Positions 43,280 to 52,108 of a stretch of DNA of 64,000 nt are shown here, one piece after another. A program made the position numbers and the translations under genes. The notes under the pieces were generated by a model that saw only the letters and a list, made by a program, of their open reading frames with translations, searched no databases and was not told the DNA's origin. Each line of letters begins with the position of its first letter. Positions within the stretch are counted from its first letter, which is position 1. This DNA comes from Acidimicrobiales bacterium (lineage in GTDB: Bacteria; Actinomycetota; Acidimicrobiia; Acidimicrobiales; Palsa-688), in NCBI GenBank assembly GCA_036378675.1, contig DASUWA010000010.1, forward strand, positions 14,661 through 78,660. The letters are read 5' to 3'.

Positions 43280-43983
43280 CCCAACTCCTGGAGCTCGACG
43301 AGTTGAGCGTCTCCTACGGAGGCGTGAGGGCGCTCTCCGGTGTGACTTTTTCAATACCGGAGGGATGTGTCGTCGCGCTGCTCGGTGCCAACGGCGCCGG
43401 CAAGAGCACCACCCTGCGAACCATCTCGGGTCTGGTACGCCCCGAAGCGGGAACCATCACCTTCGACGGCGAGCGGATCGAACGGGAGGCCCCCAGCAAC
43501 ATCACCCGTCGCGGGATCCTGCACGTTCCCGAAGGAAGAGGCATCTTCCCGAGCCTCAGCGTGAAAGAGAACCTGTTGATGGCCGACTACGCGCTCCGCA
43601 TGGCCACCAACGCCGTTCAGGAAGGCACGGACCTCTTTCCGGCACTGCGTTCAAGGCTCAATCAACTCGCAGGCACCCTCTCCGGTGGAGAGCAGCAGAT
43701 GCTCGCGTTGGCACGTGCCCTGATGATGCGCCCGCGCCTGTTGATGCTCGACGAGATCTCGATGGGCTTGGCTCCGCTCATCGTGAACCAGCTGTTCGAC
43801 GCCGTCCGCACGCTGGCGAAGCGAGGGGTGACCATCCTGCTGGTGGAGCAGTACGTGGAGGCCGCTCTCGAGCTGGCCGACTACGCGTACGTCCTCGACA
43901 AGGGTCGCGTCGTGGATGTCGGAGAGCCGGAGGACCTTCGCGAGACGGGCCTGGCGTCCACCTATATGGGAGGTGGGAGATGA
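43276..43983 (+). CDS. livF: LivF-type ABC ATP-binding protein
   Basis: Trimmed to the ATG at 43276 (ATGA overlap with the livG stop). Walker A GANGAGKST, signature LSGGEQQMLALARAL and Walker B LLMLDEISMGLAP. Confidence 0.9.
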   Translation: MTQLLELDELSVSYGGVRALSGVTFSIPEGCVVALLGANGAGKSTTLRTISGLVRPEAGTITFDGERIEREAPSNITRRGILHVPEGRGIFPSLSVKENLLMADYALRMATNAVQEGTDLFPALRSRLNQLAGTLSGGEQQMLALARALMMRPRLLMLDEISMGLAPLIVNQLFDAVRTLAKRGVTILLVEQYVEAALELADYAYVLDKGRVVDVGEPEDLRETGLASTYMGGGR

Positions 43984-45413
43984 AAGTCACGACCCGGAAA
44001 AAGGATGGGCGTGGTCGACGGATCGCCGTTCTTTCCCTAAGCGCGACCTGCCTGGTCGGGATGACGGCCGCACCCGGAGCAGTCGCTCAAACAACGTCGG
44101 GACTGGCGGGGTACAACCTAGGCACGACATCCGCAGCGATCGAGCTGGACGTGAACAGCCCCGGGCTGCTGCCCATAGGTGACGCAACGACCGGGAACAT
44201 CTTCTCGGTTGACCTACCGTTCACCCGGACGAACGTCTCGAGCGGTCCGAACATCGACGCGCTCGGCTCGCCGCTCTACCCGGGCGACGCGGCGGCGCAC
44301 CTCGGGACGGCGATCGAGACCTTCGGCGGCCCGGCAGTCCCGAACGAGCCGGTGCTCTCCGAAGCCCAGTACCCCCCATCCGCGACCAACAAAACCGACG
44401 AATCCTTCTCGACCCCGGCCGTGCAGAACGCCGCCTTCTCGATGGGAGCCGCAAGCTCCAATTCCCACACGTCGGCGACGGGCGCGAACGTCGACGCGAC
44501 CGTCGGTGAGGTGGGGATCGGGCCGGCGATCGCATCCGCAGCCAACGTCGTGCACATCGTCAGCGCCAAGGTCACCAACACCGAGCAGATCGGTGACAGC
44601 TCGGTCAGCAGCAACGCGACATCCACAGTGACCGGAATCGACATAGCCGGTGTCATCCAGATCGCGAGCGTCACCGGAACCGCCGGGGGCGCGTCCGACG
44701 GGAACAACGGCACCCCGTCCGCGAGCCTCAAGATCGGCAAGGTCACCGTCGCCGGCCAGAGCGCTTACATCGACCAGGACGGGATACACCTCGTCAGCCA
44801 GGGCGGGGGTGGAGGTTTGATCTCGGCGGCCAACACCCTTCTTCAAAACCTCACCGCCCAAGGTCTCTCCGTTCACACGATCGCGCCGACCGAGACGACC
44901 AACGGTGCGCAGACGGCCAACAACTCCGGGGCATTGGTCATCACGCTCAGCGGTAACACCCCGACCGTCCCCGGCATCGCTCCGCTTGCCCCCGGCCTGC
45001 CGGGCACGCCGGGCCAGCCGTCCGTGCCGTTCGTCATCAACGTCTTGCTCGGGGGCGCGACCGCGAGCGCGACCGCCAACCCGTTCCCCAGCTTCCCGAC
45101 GACTCCCTCGTTGAGCCTTCCTTCGCTCACCGGAGCGGACAACGGCATCGGATCGTCGACCGGGACGGGCACGGTTTCGAGCGGCACCGGAGGAGTGGGG
45201 TTGAGCGGTACGCCGAGCCTGGCGCCGACTACTCAGACGATTCAACCGACCGGCCCAGGCGCCAGCTACTCCGGTGCCAAAGCCGTGCTGGCCCGGGTGG
45301 GGAAATCGATACCGGTGAGCCTGGTTGTGCTCGTTTTCGTTCTAGCCATCATGTCCAGCGGAGGCCTGCTGGGTTATGCCCGCTGGCAGCTGATCGACGG
45401 GAGACGTAGGTGA
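43980..45413 (+). CDS. Secreted, C-terminally membrane-anchored Ser/Thr/Gly-rich protein, function unknown
   Basis: Trimmed to the ATG at 43980 (ATGA overlap with the livF stop). Signal peptide ...LVGMTAAPGAVAQ and a C-terminal TM IPVSLVVLVFVLAIMSSGGLLGY followed by RWQLIDGRRR. Confidence 0.6.
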   Translation: MKVTTRKKDGRGRRIAVLSLSATCLVGMTAAPGAVAQTTSGLAGYNLGTTSAAIELDVNSPGLLPIGDATTGNIFSVDLPFTRTNVSSGPNIDALGSPLYPGDAAAHLGTAIETFGGPAVPNEPVLSEAQYPPSATNKTDESFSTPAVQNAAFSMGAASSNSHTSATGANVDATVGEVGIGPAIASAANVVHIVSAKVTNTEQIGDSSVSSNATSTVTGIDIAGVIQIASVTGTAGGASDGNNGTPSASLKIGKVTVAGQSAYIDQDGIHLVSQGGGGGLISAANTLLQNLTAQGLSVHTIAPTETTNGAQTANNSGALVITLSGNTPTVPGIAPLAPGLPGTPGQPSVPFVINVLLGGATASATANPFPSFPTTPSLSLPSLTGADNGIGSSTGTGTVSSGTGGVGLSGTPSLAPTTQTIQPTGPGASYSGAKAVLARVGKSIPVSLVVLVFVLAIMSSGGLLGYARWQLIDGRRR

Positions 45414-46222
45414 AACTGAAGGTTCCTCAACCGCTCCAGCGTCGTCACCATGAATCAGGCGGCGACGTCGACCTGCGTGACGATCGAGAAGTGTACGACC
45501 CAACCGTTTACGACACGGCCGAGCACGATGTCTACGCGAGCTCCGACTCGAGCGACTCCGGCCACCCGTACGGGGGCACCGCGACAGCGGACCAAGACTT
45601 CGACAGACCCGAACGGACCGATGACAACGGGTTCGACGGAACCGCCCCGTCGGGGGGGCCCGGCCGGCCGGGCGGGGCCGGGAGCCGAACAGGTCGTCCG
45701 CGCTTCGACATCCGCAACACCTGGCAGATCCTCGCCGGCTCGATCCTCATACCGGTCGGAGTGGCGAGCATCATCCTCGCCTGGTACGGAGCAGCTCACG
45801 CGCGCGTAGACCAGCAGCAGATCCCTTACATGGTGAGCGGCGGCTTTCTCGGGCTGGGTGCCATCGTCGCCGGGGCCCTGCTGTACTGGGCCCATTGGCT
45901 CTACCGGATATACGACCAGGCCGACCTCCAGCATCAGCAGCTGATGCGCAGCCAGGCGGAGCTTCGCGACGCTCTACTCGGGATTGCGTCGGGCGGTGAT
46001 CACAACATGAACGGTGCTGCGAGCGGATCCGCGCTTGCGAGGTCCCCGTCGAGGGCGAGGTTCGTGGCAACGGCAAGCGGGAACAACTTCCATCGACCGG
46101 AGTGCCCCATCGTGGCGCGCCGTCCAAGCGGGCTGCGAGAAGTCGCCAGCCACGAGATCCAGGGCCTCCAGCCGTGCCGGATCTGCGAGCCGCTGACCGG
46201 AGATACTCAGACGATCGAGTAG
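45410..46222 (+). CDS. Membrane protein with acidic N-terminus, 2 TM segments and a C-terminal H/Cys cluster (Ada-type Zn-finger-like)
   Basis: The GTG at 45410 forms a GTGA overlap with the upstream stop. TM segments ILAGSILIPVGVASIILAWY and GGFLGLGAIVAGALLYWAHWL. C-terminus FHRPECP...LQPCRICEP. Confidence 0.55.
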   Translation: MKLKVPQPLQRRHHESGGDVDLRDDREVYDPTVYDTAEHDVYASSDSSDSGHPYGGTATADQDFDRPERTDDNGFDGTAPSGGPGRPGGAGSRTGRPRFDIRNTWQILAGSILIPVGVASIILAWYGAAHARVDQQQIPYMVSGGFLGLGAIVAGALLYWAHWLYRIYDQADLQHQQLMRSQAELRDALLGIASGGDHNMNGAASGSALARSPSRARFVATASGNNFHRPECPIVARRPSGLREVASHEIQGLQPCRICEPLTGDTQTIE

Positions 46223-47280
46223 CCGCGGTTGCGCGCCCGGGCGCGGCCCTCGAGCACTTCGGCGAAGGCGGCCCAGCGAGCCGCCCTGCGACGGGCCTCG
46301 TCGCTCAGTTGGTAAACCCGGCTGAGCGGAACACTGAGGGCGAACTGCTCCAGATCCCCGGAAGGGTCGGTCCGATCCAGCCAGCCAACCAACTCGGATT
46401 TCACGCACATGGCCGGGTCTTCGTGCCAGTCGGTGTCGGACTCCTCGGGCGCGTGCAGCGCCGCGAGGAAAGTCATCTCGGGACCGCCGGGTTGCTCGAC
46501 TTCGCGCCTGATTCGCCTCACCGTCTCCGGCGACACCTTGGCGACGCTGGCGATTTGGCGCAATGAGCCGGCGGGGTTGGCCCTGAGCGCTTCGAGCACC
46601 CGGTCGCGCAGCAGGCCGGGCTGCGCCGGGCGGTTCTTCCCGTCGCGGCCGAGCCTCGATTCGATATCGACGATTCGGTCGGCCGAGCACGCGGTCGGCG
46701 ACTTCGAAGAGCCTTTGCCGTTGCCAGGCGGCGCGCTGTTCCGAACTCGGTGTGCCACAGAGCCCTCCCCTGAGGAAGTGTCCGCCGGCGGAAGCGAGGC
46801 ACGCAAGCGGGCCACCGTGTGCGGCGACAACCCGCAAGCCTCCGCTATCCGCCGGTCGGACCAGTCTGGATGCCGGCGAAGGACCTGCTGCGCGGCATTA
46901 GCGCGGTCGGGCACCGAAAGCGGCAGGCCGTGCCCGATGTTGCGCCGCACTGTCTCGACGAAAGCCTCGTCGGCGCTCCCGTGAAAGACGACCACCTCGA
47001 CGGTGTCGTGACCAAGGCGCTTGGCCGCAGCCAGGCGGTGAGCACCGTCGAGCACAACGTCGGGGTTGCGGCCCCAGACGAGGAGGGGCGGCCACCGGCC
47101 CTCCAGCTCGGCCAGGGCCCCGACATGATCCTCGTCGAGCCCTCCGCTGCGCAGGTGGTTGCGCACCCGGAGTGTTTCCACCCTCGCCGCCGAGCAGGCG
47201 GAATCGGTCGCCCTGGCCGCGGAGCGGTGCCGGCTGGAGGCCGGGACCTGGTCTTCGAACGAGTCTGCGAGTACGGACAC
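46207..47280 (-). CDS. ParB/Srx-fold N-terminal domain protein with HTH regions (StrR/ParB-like regulator)
   Basis: 357-aa ORF with a GTG start. Contains LLVWGRNPDVVLDGAHRLAAAKRLGHDTVEV and RRNIGHGLPLS (ParB N-domain) and two HTH-like segments (SDRRIAEACGLSPHTVARL and SLRQIASVAKVSPETVRRI). Confidence 0.7.
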   Translation of the reverse strand: MSVLADSFEDQVPASSRHRSAARATDSACSAARVETLRVRNHLRSGGLDEDHVGALAELEGRWPPLLVWGRNPDVVLDGAHRLAAAKRLGHDTVEVVVFHGSADEAFVETVRRNIGHGLPLSVPDRANAAQQVLRRHPDWSDRRIAEACGLSPHTVARLRASLPPADTSSGEGSVAHRVRNSAPPGNGKGSSKSPTACSADRIVDIESRLGRDGKNRPAQPGLLRDRVLEALRANPAGSLRQIASVAKVSPETVRRIRREVEQPGGPEMTFLAALHAPEESDTDWHEDPAMCVKSELVGWLDRTDPSGDLEQFALSVPLSRVYQLSDEARRRAARWAAFAEVLEGRARARNRGYSIV

Positions 47281-47399
47281 GGCGAACCCCCGTAAGCCGG
47301 CATCCCCAACTACGCCGGTCTATCTAATAGACGTTAGATTGCCGCTGACAGCGGAGCCCTGTCAAGCCGGCCCTATCGAGCCGTCCTACCGGGCCGGCC

Positions 47400-48032
47400 C
47401 TATCGATCGACCAGGATCCCGGTGCGCAGCCCGGCCAGGAACAGCCGCACGTACCAGTCGGTCAACTCGGTGTACGAGATCCGGCCGGTCTCTCTGAACC
47501 AGGTCCGGGTGGCGTTCAGAACCACGAACAGGGTGGTGGAGGCGACCCCCGGGTCGACCGTCTTGTCGAACACACCCTCGTTCACGCCCTGGCGGACGAT
47601 CCCTGCGACGAAGTGGTCCATCTGGTCCCGCCATCCGAGCACCTCGCGTTGACGGTCGCCGCTGAGGAAACGGATGTCGCGCTCGACGACGCGGAGCGCC
47701 GGGTAGGTGCCGCCCATCCAGCGCCGGATGAACGCCTCCAGGCGCGTCTCGGCGTCCGCTTCGGCCAGGTCGGCAGGCTCCTCGAGGAACGTCAAGCCGA
47801 ACTCGTGAGCACGTCGCATCACCGAGAAGAGAAGGTCCTCTTTCGTGTTGATGTAGTAGTAGAGGCTGGGCGCGAGGATCTTCACCGCAGACGCGACGTC
47901 TTGCAGCGTCGTCGCTTGGTACCCCTTCTCCTCGAACAGAGCCGCGGCTGCGTCGAGCACCTCCTGCCACCGACGGTCGTTCGACGCGCCGCGGGGTTTC
48001 GAGTTGGATTCGGCCTGGATAGCACGACTCAT
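47400..48032 (-). CDS. TetR family transcriptional regulator
   Basis: Trimmed to the ATG at 48032, which follows GGGAG. HTH region RRWQEVLDAAAALFEEKGYQATTLQDVASAV. Confidence 0.8.
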   Translation of the reverse strand: MSRAIQAESNSKPRGASNDRRWQEVLDAAAALFEEKGYQATTLQDVASAVKILAPSLYYYINTKEDLLFSVMRRAHEFGLTFLEEPADLAEADAETRLEAFIRRWMGGTYPALRVVERDIRFLSGDRQREVLGWRDQMDHFVAGIVRQGVNEGVFDKTVDPGVASTTLFVVLNATRTWFRETGRISYTELTDWYVRLFLAGLRTGILVDR

Positions 48033-48122
48033 GGCAAGCTCCCGACGTGAATCTTGTCCAACTGTGCAGTCTGCTCGGTTGGACAACACTTCCATACAGG
48101 GCAACGCCCATCGGAGAACCTT

Positions 48123-49259
48123 ATGGATTTCGAGCTGAGCGAAGAGCAAGAACAGCTACGTGACTCGGTTCGGTCGGTGCTCGAACGGGAGTGCCCGCCG
48201 GCCGTGGTTCGAGCCGCGTACGAAGGGCGACTAGACGGAGAGCACGATCGGTTGTGGCGGGTCATATGCGAGCTCGACTGGCCGGCTATCGCGGTGCCCG
48301 AGTCGATGGGGGGCCTCGGGATGGGTTTCGCCGAGTTGGCGCTCATCGCAGAGGAGATGGGACGCGCGGTCGTGCCCGCACCTTTCATGTCCACGGTCGC
48401 GCAGTTCGTTCCCATGGTCCTCGAGACCTCCTTGCCCGAACAACAGAAAATTCTGCTGGGAACGGTTCTCGACCAAGGCGCGATAGGAACGGTCGCCATT
48501 GCCGAGAAGGGCAGCGGCTGGGACATGTCGCGAATGAGCACGGAGGCCAGACGCACGCGGGACGGTTGGGTCCTGAACGGAACAAAGTCGTTCGTTTTCG
48601 ACGGAGCCGATGCGACGACGATTCTCGTCGTCGCACGAGCAAGCGACGATGAAGGGATTGGGGCGTTCGCCGTCCCATCCGACGCGGTGACCAGTACTGC
48701 AGTGAAGCTGCTCGACCCGAGCCAGCCACTCGCCGACGTCGAGCTCCGCAACGTGCTCGTTCCTGATGACGCGGTGCTGGTCGAGCCCGGCGATCAGAAG
48801 GGAGCCGCCGGGATCAGGAGGGCGCTCGAGCAGGCGACAGCCGCGGTGGCGATGAGCATGACCGGCACCTGCCGGGTCATCTTCGACAGCACCCTGCAAT
48901 ACGCAAAGGACCGCGAGCAGTTCGGAAAGCCGATCGGATCCTTTCAGGCGATCAAGCACCGCCTGGTCAACATGCTGATTGCGTTGGAGCGAGCGAGTTC
49001 CCTCGCTTATTTCGCCGCTTTGACAATCGCGGAGGATGACCCGCGACGTTCCATAGCCGTGTCAATGGCAAAAGCTGCGGCGGGTGACTGTCAGAGGCTG
49101 ATCGTTCAGGATGGTCTGCAGTTCCACGGGGGTATCGGTTACATGTGGGAACAGGATCTCCACTTCTACCTGAAGCGGGCGAAGTCCGGGGACCTGCTGT
49201 TCGGATCGGCTGCCGCCCACAAGGCGAACGTCGCTCGTGCTCTGGGTTTGGCCGCCTGA
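48123..49259 (+). CDS. Acyl-CoA dehydrogenase family protein
   Basis: Trimmed to the ATG at 48123 (MDFELSEEQEQLRDSV...). ACAD middle and C-terminal motifs QFGKPIGSFQAIKHRL and LQFHGGIGY. Confidence 0.85.
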   Translation: MDFELSEEQEQLRDSVRSVLERECPPAVVRAAYEGRLDGEHDRLWRVICELDWPAIAVPESMGGLGMGFAELALIAEEMGRAVVPAPFMSTVAQFVPMVLETSLPEQQKILLGTVLDQGAIGTVAIAEKGSGWDMSRMSTEARRTRDGWVLNGTKSFVFDGADATTILVVARASDDEGIGAFAVPSDAVTSTAVKLLDPSQPLADVELRNVLVPDDAVLVEPGDQKGAAGIRRALEQATAAVAMSMTGTCRVIFDSTLQYAKDREQFGKPIGSFQAIKHRLVNMLIALERASSLAYFAALTIAEDDPRRSIAVSMAKAAAGDCQRLIVQDGLQFHGGIGYMWEQDLHFYLKRAKSGDLLFGSAAAHKANVARALGLAA

Positions 49260-50467
49260 TGCGTTTGACCTTCGACGATTCGGTTGAGCGCTTCCGCGCC
49301 GAATTCGTGGCCTGGCTGGCGGACAACCGGCCCTCGGAGGAAGAAATCCGCGCCGACCCGGCTCTTTCGTCGGGCCATCTCCCGGTCTGGGCAAAACGGT
49401 GGACGCGGCGGATGTTCGACGACGGATGGCTGGTTCCCGGCTGGCCGCCCGAGCGAGGCGGACGTAATGCCAGCCCGACCGAGCAACTCGTGTACCTCGA
49501 GGAGATGGAGCGCGCCCGCGTCCCGCGGACCACGAACCCGCAGGGCCTCGGGATCGTCGCCCCCTCGCTCCTCGACTACGGCTCGCAGGAGCAGATCGAG
49601 AACTACGCGCTTCCCATCTTGCGGGGAGAGAAGAGCGCGTGTCTCGGCATGAGCGAGCCGGGCGCGGGCAGCGACCTTGCCTCGCTCAGCACGCGAGCGG
49701 TGCTCGACGGGGATCGGTTCGTCATAAACGGCCAAAAGGTGTGGACGTCGGGGGCCCGCCATTCGGACTTCTGTTTTCTGTTCTGCCGGACCGATCCTGA
49801 AGCTCCGAAGCACAAGGGGATCAGCGTGATCCTCGTCGATATGGAGACCCCGGGGATGACTGTCCGCCCGCTTCCGGAGATCGTCGCTCCGGAGTACCCG
49901 GATCTCAACGAGGTCTTCCTCACCGACGTCGTCGTGCCGAAGCAGAACCTGGTCGGCACCCTCAACGACGGGTGGGCGATGGCAAACGGCTCTCTCGCCC
50001 ACGAGAGAGGGATGGTGTGGGTCTCCAGTTCGATCGTCCTCGACGACGACATAAGTCGCCTGGTGAGAGACGCGCCCTCGTGGCTCGGGCGGGTCTCGGA
50101 GGCGGAGCGCCATGCCCTGGCCGAACGGATCGCGGACGCCTACATCGACACCGCGGCAGCTCGCTGCATGGGGTACCGGGGATTCGGAAAGCTTCTTCGC
50201 GGAGGGAGCGCGCCGGAGCAGGCGCTGATGAAGGCCTTCGCCAGCGAGGCCCGCCGAAACCTGGCCATGGTCGCAGCCGAGGTGCAAGGACCGGAGGTGC
50301 TCGAGGCGAGTCCTCCTGCGGTCCACGCGACCACCCTCGTGCCGGACGAGAACACGTCCTGGATCGAGCAGTACTTCCGCACGTTCGCCCTTACCATCTC
50401 CGCGGGAGCGTCGGAGATACAACGCAACATCATCGCCGAGAGGGTGCTCGGGCTGCCCCGCTCGTAG
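49259..50467 (+). CDS. Acyl-CoA dehydrogenase family protein
   Basis: Trimmed to the ATG at 49259, which overlaps the upstream TGA by 1 nt. Motifs CLGMSEPGAGSDLASL, INGQKVWTSGA and C-terminal GASEIQRNIIAERVLG. Confidence 0.85.
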   Translation: MRLTFDDSVERFRAEFVAWLADNRPSEEEIRADPALSSGHLPVWAKRWTRRMFDDGWLVPGWPPERGGRNASPTEQLVYLEEMERARVPRTTNPQGLGIVAPSLLDYGSQEQIENYALPILRGEKSACLGMSEPGAGSDLASLSTRAVLDGDRFVINGQKVWTSGARHSDFCFLFCRTDPEAPKHKGISVILVDMETPGMTVRPLPEIVAPEYPDLNEVFLTDVVVPKQNLVGTLNDGWAMANGSLAHERGMVWVSSSIVLDDDISRLVRDAPSWLGRVSEAERHALAERIADAYIDTAAARCMGYRGFGKLLRGGSAPEQALMKAFASEARRNLAMVAAEVQGPEVLEASPPAVHATTLVPDENTSWIEQYFRTFALTISAGASEIQRNIIAERVLGLPRS

Positions 50468-50485
50468 CACCGGAAAGGTCGTGAC

Positions 50486-51682
50486 ATGACCGAGACAGTC
50501 GACACCGAGCAGTTCGATCCCAACGAATTCCTCGACCCTGCCAACTCTTCCAACCCGCAGCCCTTCTGGAAGCGACTACGCGAGGTCGGACCGGTTGTTC
50601 CCGGCCTGTTCGGCGGAGTTCACGTGGTACGCCGCGAGGACGTCGAGTTCGCGTTGCAGAATCCGGGCATCTTCTCGTCTGCGATGGAGGCGGTCGACCT
50701 CGGCCAGAAGCGGCCGCTCATACCGCTGCAGGTAGATCCTCCCGAGCACGTCAAGTACCGGCGGCTCCTCGATCCGATCTTCGCTCCGAGGGAAATGGCG
50801 AAGATCGAAGGTGACACGACCAAGCTGGTGAACGGCCTGATCGATAAGTTCATCGACCGCGGCGAATGCGAGTTCGGGAACGAGTTCGCCATCCCCCTCC
50901 CATCGGCCGTGTTCCTGAAGATGATGGGGATGCCCTTGTCGGACCTCGACATGTTCCTCGAAATGAAGGACGGGATCGTGAGGCCGCAGGGCGAGACGAT
51001 CGAGGACATCCAATCGAGCCAGCGAGAGACGGCGGCGAGGATCGACTCCTACTTCGAGTCGGCGCTGAAGGAACGTGAGCAGAAGCGCACCGACGACCTC
51101 CTGAGCAGGTTCCTGGACGCGGAAGTCGCAGGCGAGAAGCTCACGTGGGACGAGATCCTCGGGATGTGCTTCCTTCTCCTGCTCGCCGGCCTCGACACCG
51201 TGACCGACACTCTCGAGTGCGACTTCGCGTACCTCGCACAGAACGATGAGGCGCGCCAAGCGATCGTCGACGACCCCGAACTCATCCCGTCCGCGATCGA
51301 GGAGCTGCTCCGGTGGGAGACCCCGGTCACCGGGTTGGGACGGGTCGCGGCGGTCGACGCCGAGATCGGCGGGTGCCCGATCGCCAAGGGAACCAAGGTC
51401 GGCATCTCGCTCGGTGCCGCCAACACCGACGAGCAGGCGATCCCCGGCTCCGACACGGTGGACCTGGCACGGAACCCGAACCGCCATCTCGCTTTCGGCG
51501 GCGGTGTTCACCGGTGCCTCGGTTCACACCTTGCCCGGATGGAACTGAGAGTGGCGCTGCGGGAATGGCACCGCAGGATTCCCGAGTACCACATCGCGCC
51601 CGGCACCACCCTCGTGTTCACCCCCGGTCTGCGCCAGCTCGAGCAGCTCCCGCTCGTATTCGGCCCCGCCCCGGCCAAGTAG
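50486..51682 (+). CDS. Cytochrome P450
   Basis: 398-aa ORF with EXXR (ELLRWETP) and the haem-thiolate loop FGGGVHRCLGSHLAR. Confidence 0.9.
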   Translation: MTETVDTEQFDPNEFLDPANSSNPQPFWKRLREVGPVVPGLFGGVHVVRREDVEFALQNPGIFSSAMEAVDLGQKRPLIPLQVDPPEHVKYRRLLDPIFAPREMAKIEGDTTKLVNGLIDKFIDRGECEFGNEFAIPLPSAVFLKMMGMPLSDLDMFLEMKDGIVRPQGETIEDIQSSQRETAARIDSYFESALKEREQKRTDDLLSRFLDAEVAGEKLTWDEILGMCFLLLLAGLDTVTDTLECDFAYLAQNDEARQAIVDDPELIPSAIEELLRWETPVTGLGRVAAVDAEIGGCPIAKGTKVGISLGAANTDEQAIPGSDTVDLARNPNRHLAFGGGVHRCLGSHLARMELRVALREWHRRIPEYHIAPGTTLVFTPGLRQLEQLPLVFGPAPAK

Positions 51683-51739
51683 CCGCGGATGAGCACCCAG
51701 CCGGACGTTCAACCGGGCCGCCGTAGTATCGGCAAAGTG

Positions 51740-51934
51740 ATGCGTATCCGTATCGACACCGACATGTGCACCGGGCACGGGCGCTGCTACGTGCTGGCCC
51801 CGGACCTCTTCGACACCGACGACAGCGGGTACGGAATCGTCACCAAGGCCGAAGTCCCACCGGAGCTGCTCGACCAGGCCGAATCGGCCCGCCAGAACTG
51901 CCCCGAGAGGGCCATCTTCATCGACGAAGAGTAA
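51740..51934 (+). CDS. Small ferredoxin (3Fe-4S type, P450 redox partner-like)
   Basis: 64 aa counting from the ATG at 51740 (an alternative ATG at 51689 gives 81 aa). CTGHGRC...QNCPERAI has the CxxHxxC...CP ligand pattern. Confidence 0.75.
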   Translation: MRIRIDTDMCTGHGRCYVLAPDLFDTDDSGYGIVTKAEVPPELLDQAESARQNCPERAIFIDEE

Positions 51935-52108
51935 GCACCCTCGCCCGAGCCCAGAGTCCACGGTCGGGCGTGGGGTTGGGGTCCCCCCGCTCCGGAGGAG
52001 GGCGGGGTTGGGGCCCCGCCCGGGCCCAATTCACAGCCCTGAAAATGGGATTGTCGGCGGTAGTAGGCTGCGTATTCGAACCGCCACATCGGTAGGGGAG
52101 GGCCTGAG

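Noticed and set aside
43365-43979. Long 5' extensions of the ORF-track entries 43365-45413, 52246-54303, 61440-63701, 42314-43279 and 49145-50467.
   Set aside because: In each case the extension overlaps a strongly supported upstream gene in another frame. An internal start with an SD sequence or a stop/start overlap gives a canonical N-terminus. Long open off-frames are expected in DNA this GC-rich.
47365-47405. The direct repeat (a/g)gccggccctatcga x2 overlapping the TetR gene stop, as a regulatory repeat.
   Set aside because: It is short (about 14 nt) and GC-rich, and one copy lies inside coding sequence. It is plausibly coincidental in this base composition.
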